From: Ginglymostoma cirratum | Lineage: Eukaryota | Reading direction: 5' to 3' | Length of the DNA stretch: 64,000 bases | Assembly: GCA_024137785.1 (NCBI GenBank) | Contig: JAHRHZ010000019.1 | Location: 26,158,327 to 26,222,326, forward strand | Part shown: in pieces, positions 50,701 to 64,000 of the stretch | How the letters are laid out: each line of letters begins with the position of its first letter | Position numbering within the stretch: position 1 is the first letter of the stretch | Program-made: the position numbers and the translations under genes | Notes under the pieces: model-generated | The model's database searches: none | What the model saw: the letters and a program-made list of their open reading frames with translations, nothing else | Told to the model about the DNA's origin: nothing

Positions 50701-51874
50701 TATATAGCACAGTAGCGACAAGCCTTTTAAATTTTAGCCAAGTAAATTCACAGTGAGCTTGACGGCTAATTCTAAAAATAATGCAATTCAAGGGTTAGCC
50801 AATTATGCAATTGTATTTGTGAGGAGGGCTGTGGGGCTTGGGAGGTCGAGTCAGTGTTATGGGTGGTGGGTGGATAAAATAACTTATAAATGCATACACT
50901 AACACTTTTATTGGGTTTTTTTCGATATTAGAGAACCTAGCCTATAGTTCTGACCTCTACTTATTTGTCAGAGTACATTATTATTGAGGCAAAAGAGATA
51001 ATTCAGGATGTCTGGTCATGTATCATTCACTCAGAATTTAGAAACTTTGCATTCCTAGAAAGAGAGAAGAGAATCTTTGTTTTCTAAGCATTTAAATTAA
51101 TTTCAGGTACGTTTATGAAACTTCCACGCCGTAGCAATCAGGTTTGGACCGCAAGAGATTTGCACTTGCCCCCTGAAAAACTATAATCTGTGAAATTACT
51201 CTCTAACATCGTTTGTTCCCCATTTCTCCTTTCTCGAGATTCTCAGTCCGCTTACCACAGTATTCAGGTCTGCCCTGACTCCTGATTTACATTGCCTTTA
51301 TACGATTTCATTTTCACTCTTCTGTTTCATGATTTATGAATATCTGAATAGGTTTTTAGTTATATTATTATTGTTGCATATTGTCATATATTGCCTAAAA
51401 AGGCAAATGAAGACAAATCGTTCCCTATAACAGTAAATTTGAGCAATGAACGTATCCTGGGATTTGAAATGCAAATATGCGCATAAATCTAGATGTCTTC
51501 CTTCATTGTTAAATATGCCGGTGCATAGTGTTTTTGTCATCTACTAAGGCGGTGGAGATATTGCAACAATGAGACGTATCTCTCCTACATGCATTATGTG
51601 CGTAATATCAGCGCTATAAATATGCATAAATCTGAATTCAATATTTGTTCTTCAGAGTTAATCAACTGAAAATAAATATTCTTATAATAATTTGTTTAAG
51701 TGCGGTTTTCCATCGGTTAGCAGAATTGTCTAAACATATACCGCATATTTAGGGTAAAAGCATTTACCTGAAGCTATTAGCCGCGTTACACTGACACTCG
51801 AGGCATTCCATTTTACAGGCGTCAACGCCTCAATAAACAAGCTACCGTTAATAAAGGAGGCAAGAAGTAAGGTA

Positions 51875-52150
51875 GAATATTGCGAATGCTGGAAATATTG
51901 GATCAAAAAAAGAGAAAATACTGGGATTGCTTAGCAGGCCTGGAAGCATCCATGCGGAAGGAGAAATGGTTTAAGTCTTTAAAAGAATTAACAAAGTTTT
52001 GAAGAAGTGTCAGTATGGATTCGAATTTCTGTCTCTCAGTTTCCCCTTAGTAACCTAGAATTTCTAAAAAATGTAGAAAATAAATAGCAGCTGACATTTG
52101 CTCAACATTTTCGAGTTTTAGCTACAGATTCCTAGCATTTGGAATAATCT
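51875..52150. mobile_element. Highly decayed PLE-terminal pieces
   Basis: TGCGAATGCTGGAAAT..AGCAGGCCTGGAAGCATCC; TTTTGAAGAAGTGTC..; AGATTCCTAGCATTTG. Confidence 0.4.
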
Positions 52151-55100
52151 TTCCCGCCGGACCTAGTGATTTACATTCCTCTCGAGTTTAGCTACTTTCG
52201 CACTAAACTCCAAATGGTACAAATGGATTCTGCGCTGTATAATGCCAATAGATTATTGGACAAATCAACTAATCTTTTCGGCAAGACATCTGGGAGAGCT
52301 AGAAGTATATAAAAGGGAATATATCAGGTTTTTATTATCAGTGGTATAAAACTCCGGAGCACGCAAATTAAATGAGGCTTGTTGATTTGAATGGCGCATT
52401 GGACCTTTCCTGTTTACGAAGTACAGAGAATATAATTACTCTATATAAAACTGTTATCAGTTGTACTACTTATTACATTGATCGTTATTTGTGTATTCAG
52501 TAATTCCTGATTTTAAAGAGATGCTTGGCCTGTGTTCTTGCCTCGAATAGGGTTTAGTAGCTTACGTATTAATTACACTTTTAAATTCCTATTGTGACTC
52601 TCGACTGACAGGTTACCTGCTGTCTGACCCCTAGGTCGGCATCTCAGCTCAGTCACTTTAGTTCTGTTCTAACTTTCAAAGGCTTCTAAGCACAGCTGTA
52701 AAGCTCTGCTAGATCTTAGCTTTCATATTTGATCGCAAATGTGCTGGGTATTGTAGTCAGTCCTCCGAATAGAGAGAAAAAATCCTGACATGTTACTCAA
52801 TTTTCTTAATTTGTTTTTGCCTGCTGAAGTCAATTCAACGAGTCCTGTTTACTTCCCCTTCACCGGGTGATGCTAGTCCATGCGTTAACAACACTTCTGA
52901 AAGTTACTACAGTCGGTTCCAATGCCAGACTCGGAGTCTGGAGAACACTGGCAAATTTTGCTCTGACATTTGCTGCGACGAGGAAGATTTTTAAATGGAT
53001 CATCTCACACGTCAAAACAAGCCTTGTATTAGATATAAAGGATTCTTACTGACAGATTTAAAGGTAACCCCTTCGAAAATATGGTCAAATTTAAAATGGA
53101 AACATCGCGTTTCCTAACTTTTAAGATATAATTGCACTCGGAAGCCAGTTTCATCTTCTTGAGCCATTTTATAGACCTACATTGAAATCGATAAAGCACA
53201 TATATAGTTTTAAATATTGGTGGCTGCATTGCCCTTCGATGCTCTCACGGCAATTCGTTTGTCGTCAATGACTTTTAATTTATGAAATTGACTTGTAATA
53301 TTTAAGCAGATAGATGGTAAAGGGATAGGTTAACAGCATTATAAGATATTTTCTTACAAGAAGAGAATGTAAATTCAGTGTTATTTAAAATATCCAACAC
53401 CGCTAAGCCTGTAAGTTTACTGCTAGATTAACGGAGAAAACCGCTAGAGACGGAGGAAACGGCGTAGCGAGACGCTTTGTAAACTGAAATCTGAACGACA
53501 AGGCCAAAACGTCAAGTTTAGCTTAACGTGGATAAGTCAGAGTTTAGAATTGTTTTTACCGGTTTAAATTAACAAGTGCAAAAATCAGTTTAATTTCCAC
53601 TAAAGTGACTTCTATGCCTTGATCCAGTATCTTAACTTTATTGAAAATGTGTGCTTTTGCATTAGTTATTTTAGTTTACAAACATAATCAATTCAATGGC
53701 ATACCGTCGACAGCATAGCATTTGGATTTATGTTAAAACAGTTTTACCATCCGAACAACGTGAGAGACAGCTTAGAAGTCTAGTCTAAAATAGAGTCATA
53801 AATGCAACTGAATAAACGACATTTCTTTAATATGACAAAGACGTTTACTATGTATTGTGTTGCATGAGAATACAAAATCCAAACAGGTCTCAAGCTTACT
53901 AATAAAGCTGGCCGAATTCAAGCGTCAACATGTTCATCAACCACACAAATCCGACTACGTGTTATAACATTTGATTTGTGAGGTTATATTAATTGTTTAA
54001 AACATCACATGCGTGATCTTAACCTATGCTTGTTTAAATAAATCCCAGTCGGGAACAATGGAATAAACTAAGTTTATCTGTGAACACTTGAATTATACCG
54101 ATTGAACTGTGTTATATCTGGGGGCTGTTTTTTTTCTACTGCTGATCCAGCCGTTCTCTAAATCTCTTACAATTAAAACAAATCAAAATTAAAAGATTAT
54201 TAAAATCACTCGATGGGCTCGAGTGGAGCGACATCCCCTGGTGCAATTTAGGAAAGGCAAGGGAATACCATTAGGGTAACCTAATGGTCCACCTGTAAAT
54301 GTACTGCTTCTCCTTGGGGAAACCAAGCAGCGCAATAAGGAGATTTCTCTTTTTTTAACTGTTGTAGCGACACGACTTTATGTGGTCCTTCGCAAACTGA
54401 TTTTTCATTTATAAAGAATAACCAAACAGTGGGCTATTTTCAAGGGGATACATGCGATACAGTCTAAAGAGATTTTTGGTTGATTGAGCTTTCCAACATT
54501 GATAAAATGAGTACTGCATGTTTAAAGAAGCGAATATTTCATGCTGCGCGGTCACGCACCCTGGGCTGCGAATCAACTTCACAGTGGAAATTGAGAAAAT
54601 CCCATAAATTAAGTAAAATTCAAGTAAAGGACGAATCGCCAAAGAACTGTGCGAACAAGTGACAGTGCAAGCCTATAGAGGGCTCTGGCAGTCAATGTTC
54701 ACTTTCTGAAGTGACTGAGAGTCAATTTGGGCAGAAATTTTGTATCTCCAAATAAACGATCTGCTTCCTCCCTATGCTGTAAACGGCTGACAAACAGCTA
54801 GACGTCCGGTTCCAGCAGAGCAAGTCTTTCTTCTTAATGCGGTTCTCCCTTCGATTTTACATAATCTTATGTTCAGCCCCAAGTTACGCAGGGTGTTGCG
54901 AATCGTGATTTTGTTTTACTAAATCACTGACCCCCATCCCACCCCCCACCCCACTCCCAGCACAACACATTGCTGTTATTTGAACTTGTGGGTCAGATGC
55001 CAGCCTGTCAATGCGTGCACTTCTCTATTTGTCCGTGTGGGTAAGAAATAAAAGGCAAAACAATTTGAAACCAACTCATTATTAAATAATGCCTGCTTAC

Positions 55101-58100
55101 CCCTCCAGTTCTTTTAATTTGACCCATGCAACAAAATTAAGGTCGCTTTCTCAAGTTTGATTGGCACCTTTTTGGATTAGTAAATAATTTACTAATTTAA
55201 ATAGTAAATAGTAAATAATAGTAAATAACCGCACTTTTTGGACCACATAGAACACCCTCGTTTGTTTCGACTGTAGATCGACAATACTTAATTTGAAATT
55301 ACAGAAGATTATCATTGTTAATCAACGCATGAAGAAATAATAAATTCTGTTTATCCAAAATATGAAAAACAGTTATTATTTGTCGTGTGCAACCATTTCG
55401 TTTAATTGCTCACTACACCTAACTGGTGACTTTGATTAGCAGTTTCACCTCTGTGGTAAGACGTCTTTCCTGACAGTCTCAATCGAAATGTTGGCTCATT
55501 GAAAAGGCATTAACTCTCTTGGCCTCTTGCATTCTATCAAATTATTTCACCGCAAACGTAACAATAAATAAAATTCAGATCAGGTATAAGTGATTTTAAA
55601 TACAGTTACAGACTTTGGACAAATAAACAACTGTAACAAAGAAAGGTGCCCCAAGACATTTAAAGACAAACCTCTGAACAAAATACAACCTGATTATCTT
55701 GCATTTTGCTTCTATTCTATATATGTATTTATATCATAGCAGGATTAATGAAAGAGTTAAACGTACGGGACTGTTAAGAGAAATATATGTAATATTCACC
55801 CATTTATGCATATTTACTTTTTAGAAAAGGAACAACTCGGAATTGCTCATACAAAAGTACAAACTACAATAAGTTGTGGCACAGCAAAAGGCATTGTGGC
55901 GCTAAACGTCCTGAGTTTAAAGTATTATTCCAAATTACTCCAGGTATTAGCGTGTGAGTAAATGCTTAAATATACTTCGCAAAGCCTGTCAAAGATGGCG
56001 AACGCCAGTGCACTAATGCAACTTTAAAGCTAATTACTTCCGAATGAGCACGCACAATTAAACATGGCTCACGCTTCTGTGTCAAGGCAACAATTCCTCC
56101 ACTCTTTACTTCCCTTTCTCTCAAGTAAATACGTACTTTTAATTAAAAGAAACGTTTCACAGTTCCGGCAGTAACAAGCAGCACTGAAGGCAAAGGATAA
56201 GGTCATGTAACCTGTTTAGTTAACTGCAGAACAATTGCATGATTATGAGCTTGTTGTTTCGTTGCTAACGTTGCAATATGGCACTGGAGTCCACTTAACG
56301 CGTATATAAATATTAAAACCGCAGTACCTTCAACTGAATCATAGTATGAATGAAGCAGTAAAGTAACATAGGCTTTAGGCTACCATGCAAGGCGACGGTT
56401 AGTCTAATAAACGGCAACACTCGTGTCTGCTATTTTGAGTTAACTTTTATAAACCTATCCCGAATATTAGGTTACAGTTATGTGATACATAGAGCGCTCA
56501 TTTTCAAGTTGTGTCACCCTTTCCAAACCTGCTTGTAACTCCCCTCCATCGTTATCTGTGACTACGTCACTGCAACTATTTCTTTTCTGTAATGCAGTTC
56601 TCTTTTATTGCAGTAGTCGATTAACGGATAAAATCGCCGTGGAAACAATTGGGTTACTATCATCATTGGCAACTATGTGAGCCTTAACATGATACATCAT
56701 TTCATTAAAGACAATCACGATATCCTGAAAAAAATAAAAACGTGGCCATGGAGGATGCCTCGTAAATATTGCATCATAACGTGGCTTTATAATCAGACAC
56801 CCAAGATTTTTTAAAACAACGCAAAGATTATCAATGCAATGACTTCCTGAGATTACGCTATGTCAAAAGAGGCTTTTCAAGTCGGTATTCTAATAGACAG
56901 GCCGACAAACAGATAAATAAATAGGCAGATAGATTTACAATCGCCACCAGATACCAAAATAAAAAAAAGCTCTCAAGCCTCAAATGATGTATTGCAAGAG
57001 TCTAAGAGAACAAATGGTTGCTGTTACTAATGCTTTTTCGTTTTTTATCCCAGGAGTCACATTTGTTATAGACTTTATTTGCCCAGTGCAGATATAAACA
57101 TATAATTAATTTACTTCGCCATTGTATTTTACTGCAGCGAAGACTATTGACTATAATATTTTAAATTTTAATTAAGAGCACTTCACTTGCAAGATGCGCA
57201 TAGCGCAATTGACCGAGACTTCTATATCACAGACTGTACATTGCTCAATGTAATTTATTTCAGTATAAGGAAAATAAGAGAAGCCAGATATCGCAGTTAT
57301 TTTGGCCCATGGACATATAATCATGTTGGATGATTGTGTTATATTATATTATCACGTTCATCAGTTATCGTAAGAGGCTTTGCGAATAACGTTACAGCGA
57401 AAAGGATTACGTTTCTGGAGCATTCAAATTACATTAAAAGCAGTCTGACTCTACACCAGTCAGACTGACATGTGAGCACAATATATTTAGCTGAGCAGAC
57501 ATTGACAATTTTGGAATAACGCCCCATACCCAACATATCCACACTTAACCTTTAAGCATATTCTTCTTTCCGTTTTATATAGTTAAAAACGGGGACAACG
57601 GTGTGGGCTATACTGTTATGTTAAACAAAAACTATGAAACGGGCTACATTGGGGTTAAATAGCCGTCTGTATTTTTGTACTGACGTAAATCTGTAGCTGC
57701 ATGAGATTGAGAAAGGAAGGGAGCCTCAAAACGTTTTAAATTTCACTGGCATAACTAGTAAACGGATTTGTGTGGATCGTTTTCTCATTTTGGACAGTGA
57801 TTTTTTTAAACAAGCAGCCCCCATCAAGATTTTTAAAGGCCCATTGTGCACTGTTTTCTCCAGCCACTTTTCTTTATCTGTATTACACTGGCTTCATGGT
57901 TAGACCAACAATAATTACCTGGAACCTGTACATAAACCCAGTGGCAAATTTAACATATATCTCAACGGCGTCATATTAAACATGTACCTATGGTAAGCGC
58001 GATAGATGGAAGCTGCGCCATCCTTTGTGTAACGAGCACATTCTAGCGGTTAATGAATAATCGTGTAAGACAAAACCGTGCCGAAGTAAATGTTAAAAAA

Positions 58101-58181
58101 TATTAAATTAAATTGTTGCTAAATATTTGAAGGGACGGGAGGGAAGAAAGCAAACGTATCAGATAATAGCTGTGCTCTGAT

Positions 58182-58187
58182 TTTATT
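58182..58187 (-). terminator. Candidate SIX2 polyadenylation signal AATAAA
   Basis: First canonical AATAAA on the minus strand ~690 nt after the stop, followed by a pyrimidine-rich tract (TTTGCTTTCTTCCC, 58155-58141). Confidence 0.6.
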
Positions 58188-58879
58188 ATAAAATAAGCAG
58201 GATTTCGCCTCCAAAGATTGTAGTCACGTAATATAAAGAGTAATAAAACAATTTTTATGCAGCGTGAGAGCATTCCTTCTTGTAGGCGGAGATAATTTTT
58301 AATGCTTGATGAAATGACATTATATGTTTACGGATTGTTTTCAGTTCAATATAGCTGCGATTACACGTTCCACGCATTCTACTACAGGAAAGCCAGCTTT
58401 CTGTACAGTTTTCATCTACATGTAAATGATCTTCCTATAGCGTGTTTTTAATTTTTTAGCATATTTTATCAAAACTTAAAATGCTCATTATGCACGCAAT
58501 TACAAATCTACTCACTCTTGTAACCTGTATATAGTTATGTATTTGTGTGCATGTGACTGTATGTGCTGTCGTGTAATTTTAATTGAGAGCAATACGTCGA
58601 GATTGTGATTTTGTGACCAGTAAAATATTAACTTTTCTGTCTAAACAAAGACATCCTCCGTTATATAAAACCTTAAGACTTTGCTACATCAATCTCTTAT
58701 GTGATCTAATACAGTACCTTATAACTCGAATAGCTATATCCTTCTTTCCTTCCCATGGTTGACAAAATATCCACTAACGCTTTTTTTATGTACATCGCTT
58801 AATTGTCAAGTAAAATATATAAAGGATAATCTTGAGAGTGTCTTTAATTATTCGCAGGTAAAAGGAAATTGTTCTTTTT

Positions 58880-59210
58880 TTACGAGCCAAGGTCAACTAA
58901 ATTGGATGACATGGGGTTGAGCATGGAGTCCTGTAATGCATGATGATGTATAACATCTGAGTTGGGTACCGCAACGGCGCTAGGACCCGGAGGCGCGGCC
59001 AGAGTGTGTAGAGGCTGCAGGCTGGTGTTGGAGCTCTGGCCCAGGGATCCTAAGAGTAGCGCTGGGCTGCCCGATGTGTGATCGGGGGTTTGAGACGGAG
59101 TCTTTTCCTCGTCTGAGCTCGCTAACATATTTTTGTTCCCATTCATCGAATGATTCATTTGGTTGTGGCCGCCGGCCGTAACGTTGGAATTCGAGTTCTC
59201 GCTGTTTTCT
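58880..59210 (-). CDS. SIX2: SIX homeobox 2, coding exon 2
   Basis: Acceptor TTTCTCTCTCTTTGCCTCTGCAG|A at 59211/59210. Encodes (R)[54 protein letters not shown], with TAA at 58882-58880; the phase matches exon 1. Confidence 0.97.
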
Positions 59211-60008
59211 CTGCAGAGGCAAAGAGAGAGAAAAGAAATCAAAAACATGTGAAAGAATAATCGAATAAGAATCAAGGAGCAACTCTATTTAAACGTGGGA
59301 GCCATTCGAAAAATCAGGTTAGAATATCTTCAATGCCAAAAAAAGGCTTATAAAAACTTCAATTTCAAGTCAGTCTTCTCAACTTTTCTGACAACACTGC
59401 AGCTGGGGGCTGACTGACGGAGTAAGTCCTGAAGGCACTGAACAAGTTATAGTTAACACCATTCCGATTTCTAAACCGTTGCTTTATTTTTAAAGTATCC
59501 TCAAGGAACTGGCGCCAAAGAATAAACCAGACTCTTTTGCAAAATTTCACTTTTCCATAAACAAAATCAACGGCGCTCCGCAGCGACCGGCTGCAGAAAA
59601 CACACTTTAAAATCAATCACCGAGGAGCGAATGTATCCACGGACAGGTTATGTTCGGAATCTTTTCATCCTCTACTTAACGGTTCGAGGCATTTCGAAGC
59701 CAAATGAGAAGTTAAATTAAAACTTTTTTTTCCCGCAGCCGCAGCTTTCGCTTCTCGCCACCCAGGCGCAGCCTGCGCTGCATTTCGATGTCTGAGGTTA
59801 TTGTCAGTTCAAGCGTACTTGTCCCAAAAAAAAGTCACAATTTAAAACAAACGCACTTCCAGCTGGTGAACGGGCCTCGAATCGATGATAGTGGAGACTC
59901 ACACATCGATACGATTGCTGCAAACTAAAGATGCCGCGGTTTGTACTCGGTGAGGTGAGTTAAACAGCTCTATTTAATAATAGGAGAATGATGTATTTGT
60001 TTTACTTA

Positions 60009-60713
<705 letters not shown>

Positions 60714-60779
60714 TCACAGGAGACCCAACATACTGCACTTGAAGACGTCCAGAGTGCTTTCCCTTCGTTTTTAATAATA

Positions 60780-61160
60780 TTATTCTAAGTTGGCATGAAT
60801 AGTCATTATGTAGAATTTGATTGGTTGGTTATCTGACCTACGGATGGTGAGGATAAGACAATAGTTAGTCAAATTATTTACCATGGAGACGCTGTCACTC
60901 AAAGTAACCCGATCCCCTTTGAGGTGTCTCCCTCGCTGAGCGAACAGCTTCCAGCTCCAGACCTACCTTGTAACACTGCACTACGTTATATGATTCTAGT
61001 TTGACAATAGAATCGACGAAAAGAAGGACAAGCCGCGCTTTAATGATTCTAGTGCACTTTTTTCGCTTCTTGTTCTGTTGTTGTCTGCCTATATATTTAT
61101 TTGTTTCAGCTGCCTTGACAAGAACCTCGTGGAATCTCTTCAATGATTGACATCGCAGTA
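60780..61160 (-). promoter_or_regulatory. SIX2 proximal promoter region
   Basis: CCAAT box (minus, 60824-60820), SIX/MEF3-like TCGGGTTAC (minus, 60912-60904) and PBX-MEIS/PREP-like TGATTGACAT (61144-61153). The TSS cannot be determined from sequence alone. Confidence 0.55.
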
Positions 61161-64000
61161 AGCCGCACAGGAGAGCTTTTTTTTTCTTATTTGCAGCAAC
61201 GATATAAAAGAACACAAGGGTGGCGCCAGTGATCTGGAAATAACGCGTGGCCTTGATCGCGTTGGGCTCTGGTACCTGTAGTCACATTTCTAACACTTCG
61301 CGAAACTTTGACCATGGTTATTGAACTACAGCTCCCACAATGCTTTTCTGCCCAGTGTTGCGGTTGCGTGGGAGGGGAGCTTGGTGGGGGTTGGGGGAAC
61401 AGTGGAGAGGGTGAAAGTATGATTTGGTTTCCATCTGATTGAGATTGAACAGAAAGTACTGTATTAATAATGCGGTTGTCGCCTCACGACCTTATAATGA
61501 AATATGCTTTTATCATCATCCAACTTTAAGCAAATAGATGGGATTTTGATAACGCACAATCTCAACAGGATGCGAACTCACATACTTATCACTCGTTGGA
61601 GGACTGTTGAGAGGATGCTTTTACATAGACGCATTATTTTGTTTACGAATACCTGCATTAATCAGTCGGACAGAATTAACTGTGATTTTGAAAATACTTA
61701 ATCACAACGTAATTTTTGCACCACAATGTCAAATAATGAAAGCTAATTTCAGAACCGAAATTTGCAACATGTGATTGATCTTGGTGCGAAAGGAGATAAG
61801 AAAGCAGAACTGATTCAAGTAATCCAATGCAATCTTAAGTGTTTGTTGTGTCTAATTTTCGAATTTGCAAATCCTGATTTCGTAGTTTAAATAACAAAGG
61901 TGAGGTATTAACAAAGGTGAAGAAGGGATCGCAGTAATGACGGTGTGTGCTTTGCGTGTTTATTTTTCGGGGCGGGGGTCGGAATAATCAAACAGATGCT
62001 TCTCTTTGCCGCGAGCAATGTCACAAATGTGAGGTAACCAGTCACAACTTCAGCAAATCCCAGAACGTTGAATCGGCCCATTGCTTCATTATACGACTCT
62101 TCCAACAACTTGTGCGTCAGCAACACTTTGGATCAAAACAAGTCAGAATGTACCTATCGAATTAACAAAACAAAGCGTGCATCCCCAACCTGACGGGCTT
62201 TACTTTCAAAGCCAAGTCTAAATCTTGCTTATACTTTCAGTACATCTTTCACTCGGGACTGTGTTTTGCTACGTAAAGTTCGCTATATTCTCAACTATTT
62301 AGTAGGAGTTTGAAAACGTTCCATTTCCCGCACCTCAATTAACAGACTGAGCTGCTTAGAAGAGTTTATTAGAAAACAAGGCCTTAAACAGCTGTTAGCG
62401 AGTTGTCAATTTAATCCACACCCTCACCTTGGGGAACTGTTGTAATAGAAACTTCAAAGTTTTAATACAACGAGGTTAAAGCTGTTCCTAATCATTCGAG
62501 CCAGCATTTTAACAGTGTAAAACAGTAAACCGTTACCGATAACATAATATTTATGTTGCGTTCTGAGTGCGCAACAAATAAATTTTATCCTGTGGTTACA
62601 GCTTAATTATCCATATTTATTTAACTTCTGGCTAGAGTGTAAAATGTACCTGATTTAAGTTTCCGCTCCGCTTCCCTCGTTCTCAACTGATCCACCACAT
62701 CCTGTTCATTTATCTTAACTAAATTCGGAAACTCTTTTCTTTTCATCCCAAATTATTCATTTTTGTTTGTTTTTAAAGGCACTGTTTTTCTTTAGGCTTT
62801 ACAGAAACTCTCCACTATATTTACCAGTAATAAGCGGTTGTACGTCTTAATTTGACGTGATATAAGATAACTTACTATTAATCTCAAGAAGTATGCGTTT
62901 CATTAATACCACACTTCCTTAGTCAACACAAGCTACAACTTGTGCGCAATTTTGTTACATGGGAGAATCTTTTCGGGTCTGTGGTGAATTAAGATTCTGT
63001 CGAAGTGGATCGCCCCCTTTGTATGAACAATGCAGATTAATTCCATTGATAATACTCCCGGAAACCCGACGGCTGAATCAAATTACGCAGCCTTTCATGA
63101 CAAGTGCAGTTGGAGAATATTTGAGGATACTTTGCGTTTATGTATTCCAACATTGCACATACGTTATTCAATGAATTTCCTTATCTAAAGTGCTAGTTTT
63201 TATTAATGGCGAGACTCATTGTAACATAATGGAAATCAACCTCTTTCTTTTTCCGGAAGAGAGGGAGAAAAGGAAGGAGCGAGAGAGAAGAACGATACGG
63301 TTATTTCCGCATTAGCTCTGTCACTTACACCAATTAGGTTTGCTTATCGTGAGTTTAGATCTTAAAACAACATTAAGGCATATTCACCTTAATTCAGTCC
63401 ATACGTGGGGCGGTTTGTTTCACTCTTTTCCACTGCAATAAGAAAAGCGAAAAATTCAAATAATATAACTATAATAAGGCTGACACAATAGAAAGAACTC
63501 GGATGTCTAAATTATTAGGCACTGAAAACAAATGAAATCTGGAAACAAAAATAAATCAAAATATATTTTAAATTATTGCCCATGATTCAACATTATTGAT
63601 TAGCGAACACTATTTTGGAAAAACGTGATAGGTATTTTAAAAGGTGGAAAACTGCATCGGCGTCTAACAGTTACTATTTAATTGTGATTCAAAGTTAATC
63701 CTCGTATTTGAGCGGAAAACAATATTGTCGCCAACGAACAACCATCCAAGGGAACGAAAAGCTTCAGTGGCCAAGCAGCGAATGACAGACTCAATGACGG
63801 TACAAGAATCAATTTGACAATATTTGTAAACTCCTTTGTGCCAGGGTTGCATATCTGAGAATGGAAAGCTTGAGGGTTCGGCGGAGTCTGACCAGTGATT
63901 AGACTTGCTGATGAATGGATATCACGTTTCTACTAATGGCTGCCCCGTATTTTGACAACCTCCCACTACTAACCCGAGAAGCTGGTAGGTCGACCGGCCT

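Noticed and set aside
57441-57467. Perfect 10-bp hairpin CAGTCTGACT-N7-AGTCAGACTG
   Set aside because: Too short for a pre-miRNA and plausible by chance in 64 kb.
59211-59275. N-terminal part of ORF 58880-59275 (MILIRLFF..)
   Set aside because: Intronic polypyrimidine tract; the true exon starts at 59210.

Overview
Vertebrate (elasmobranch/shark-type) genomic DNA. The only intact protein-coding gene is the two-exon homeobox gene SIX2 on the minus strand (CDS 60575-60016 and 59210-58880, 296 aa), with its promoter and 3' UTR in a roughly 12 kb stretch free of recognisable repeats. The ~58 kb to the left is the region downstream of SIX2, which in other gnathostomes separates SIX2 from a convergent SIX3; SIX3 itself is not in the window. 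It is filled with decayed CR1/HER1-type LINEs, HE1-type V-SINEs, Deu-type SINE pieces, a Harbinger transposase fossil and Penelope-like elements (PLEs; RT thumb plus GIY-YIG). The most notable signal is a family of short PLE-terminal insertions carrying minimal type I hammerhead ribozyme motifs (CUGA-N-GA-A, stem II, GAAAC-GUH) with covarying stems. Many are fold-back palindromes with clear target-site duplications (TSDs), and one begins at the predicted self-cleavage site. Also seen: a SINE copied nearby together with its 5' flank, a strong CTCF motif, tandem splice donors in SIX2 and alternating CpG-rich and CpG-poor blocks. Repeat boundaries are approximate, read by eye; no database search was run.
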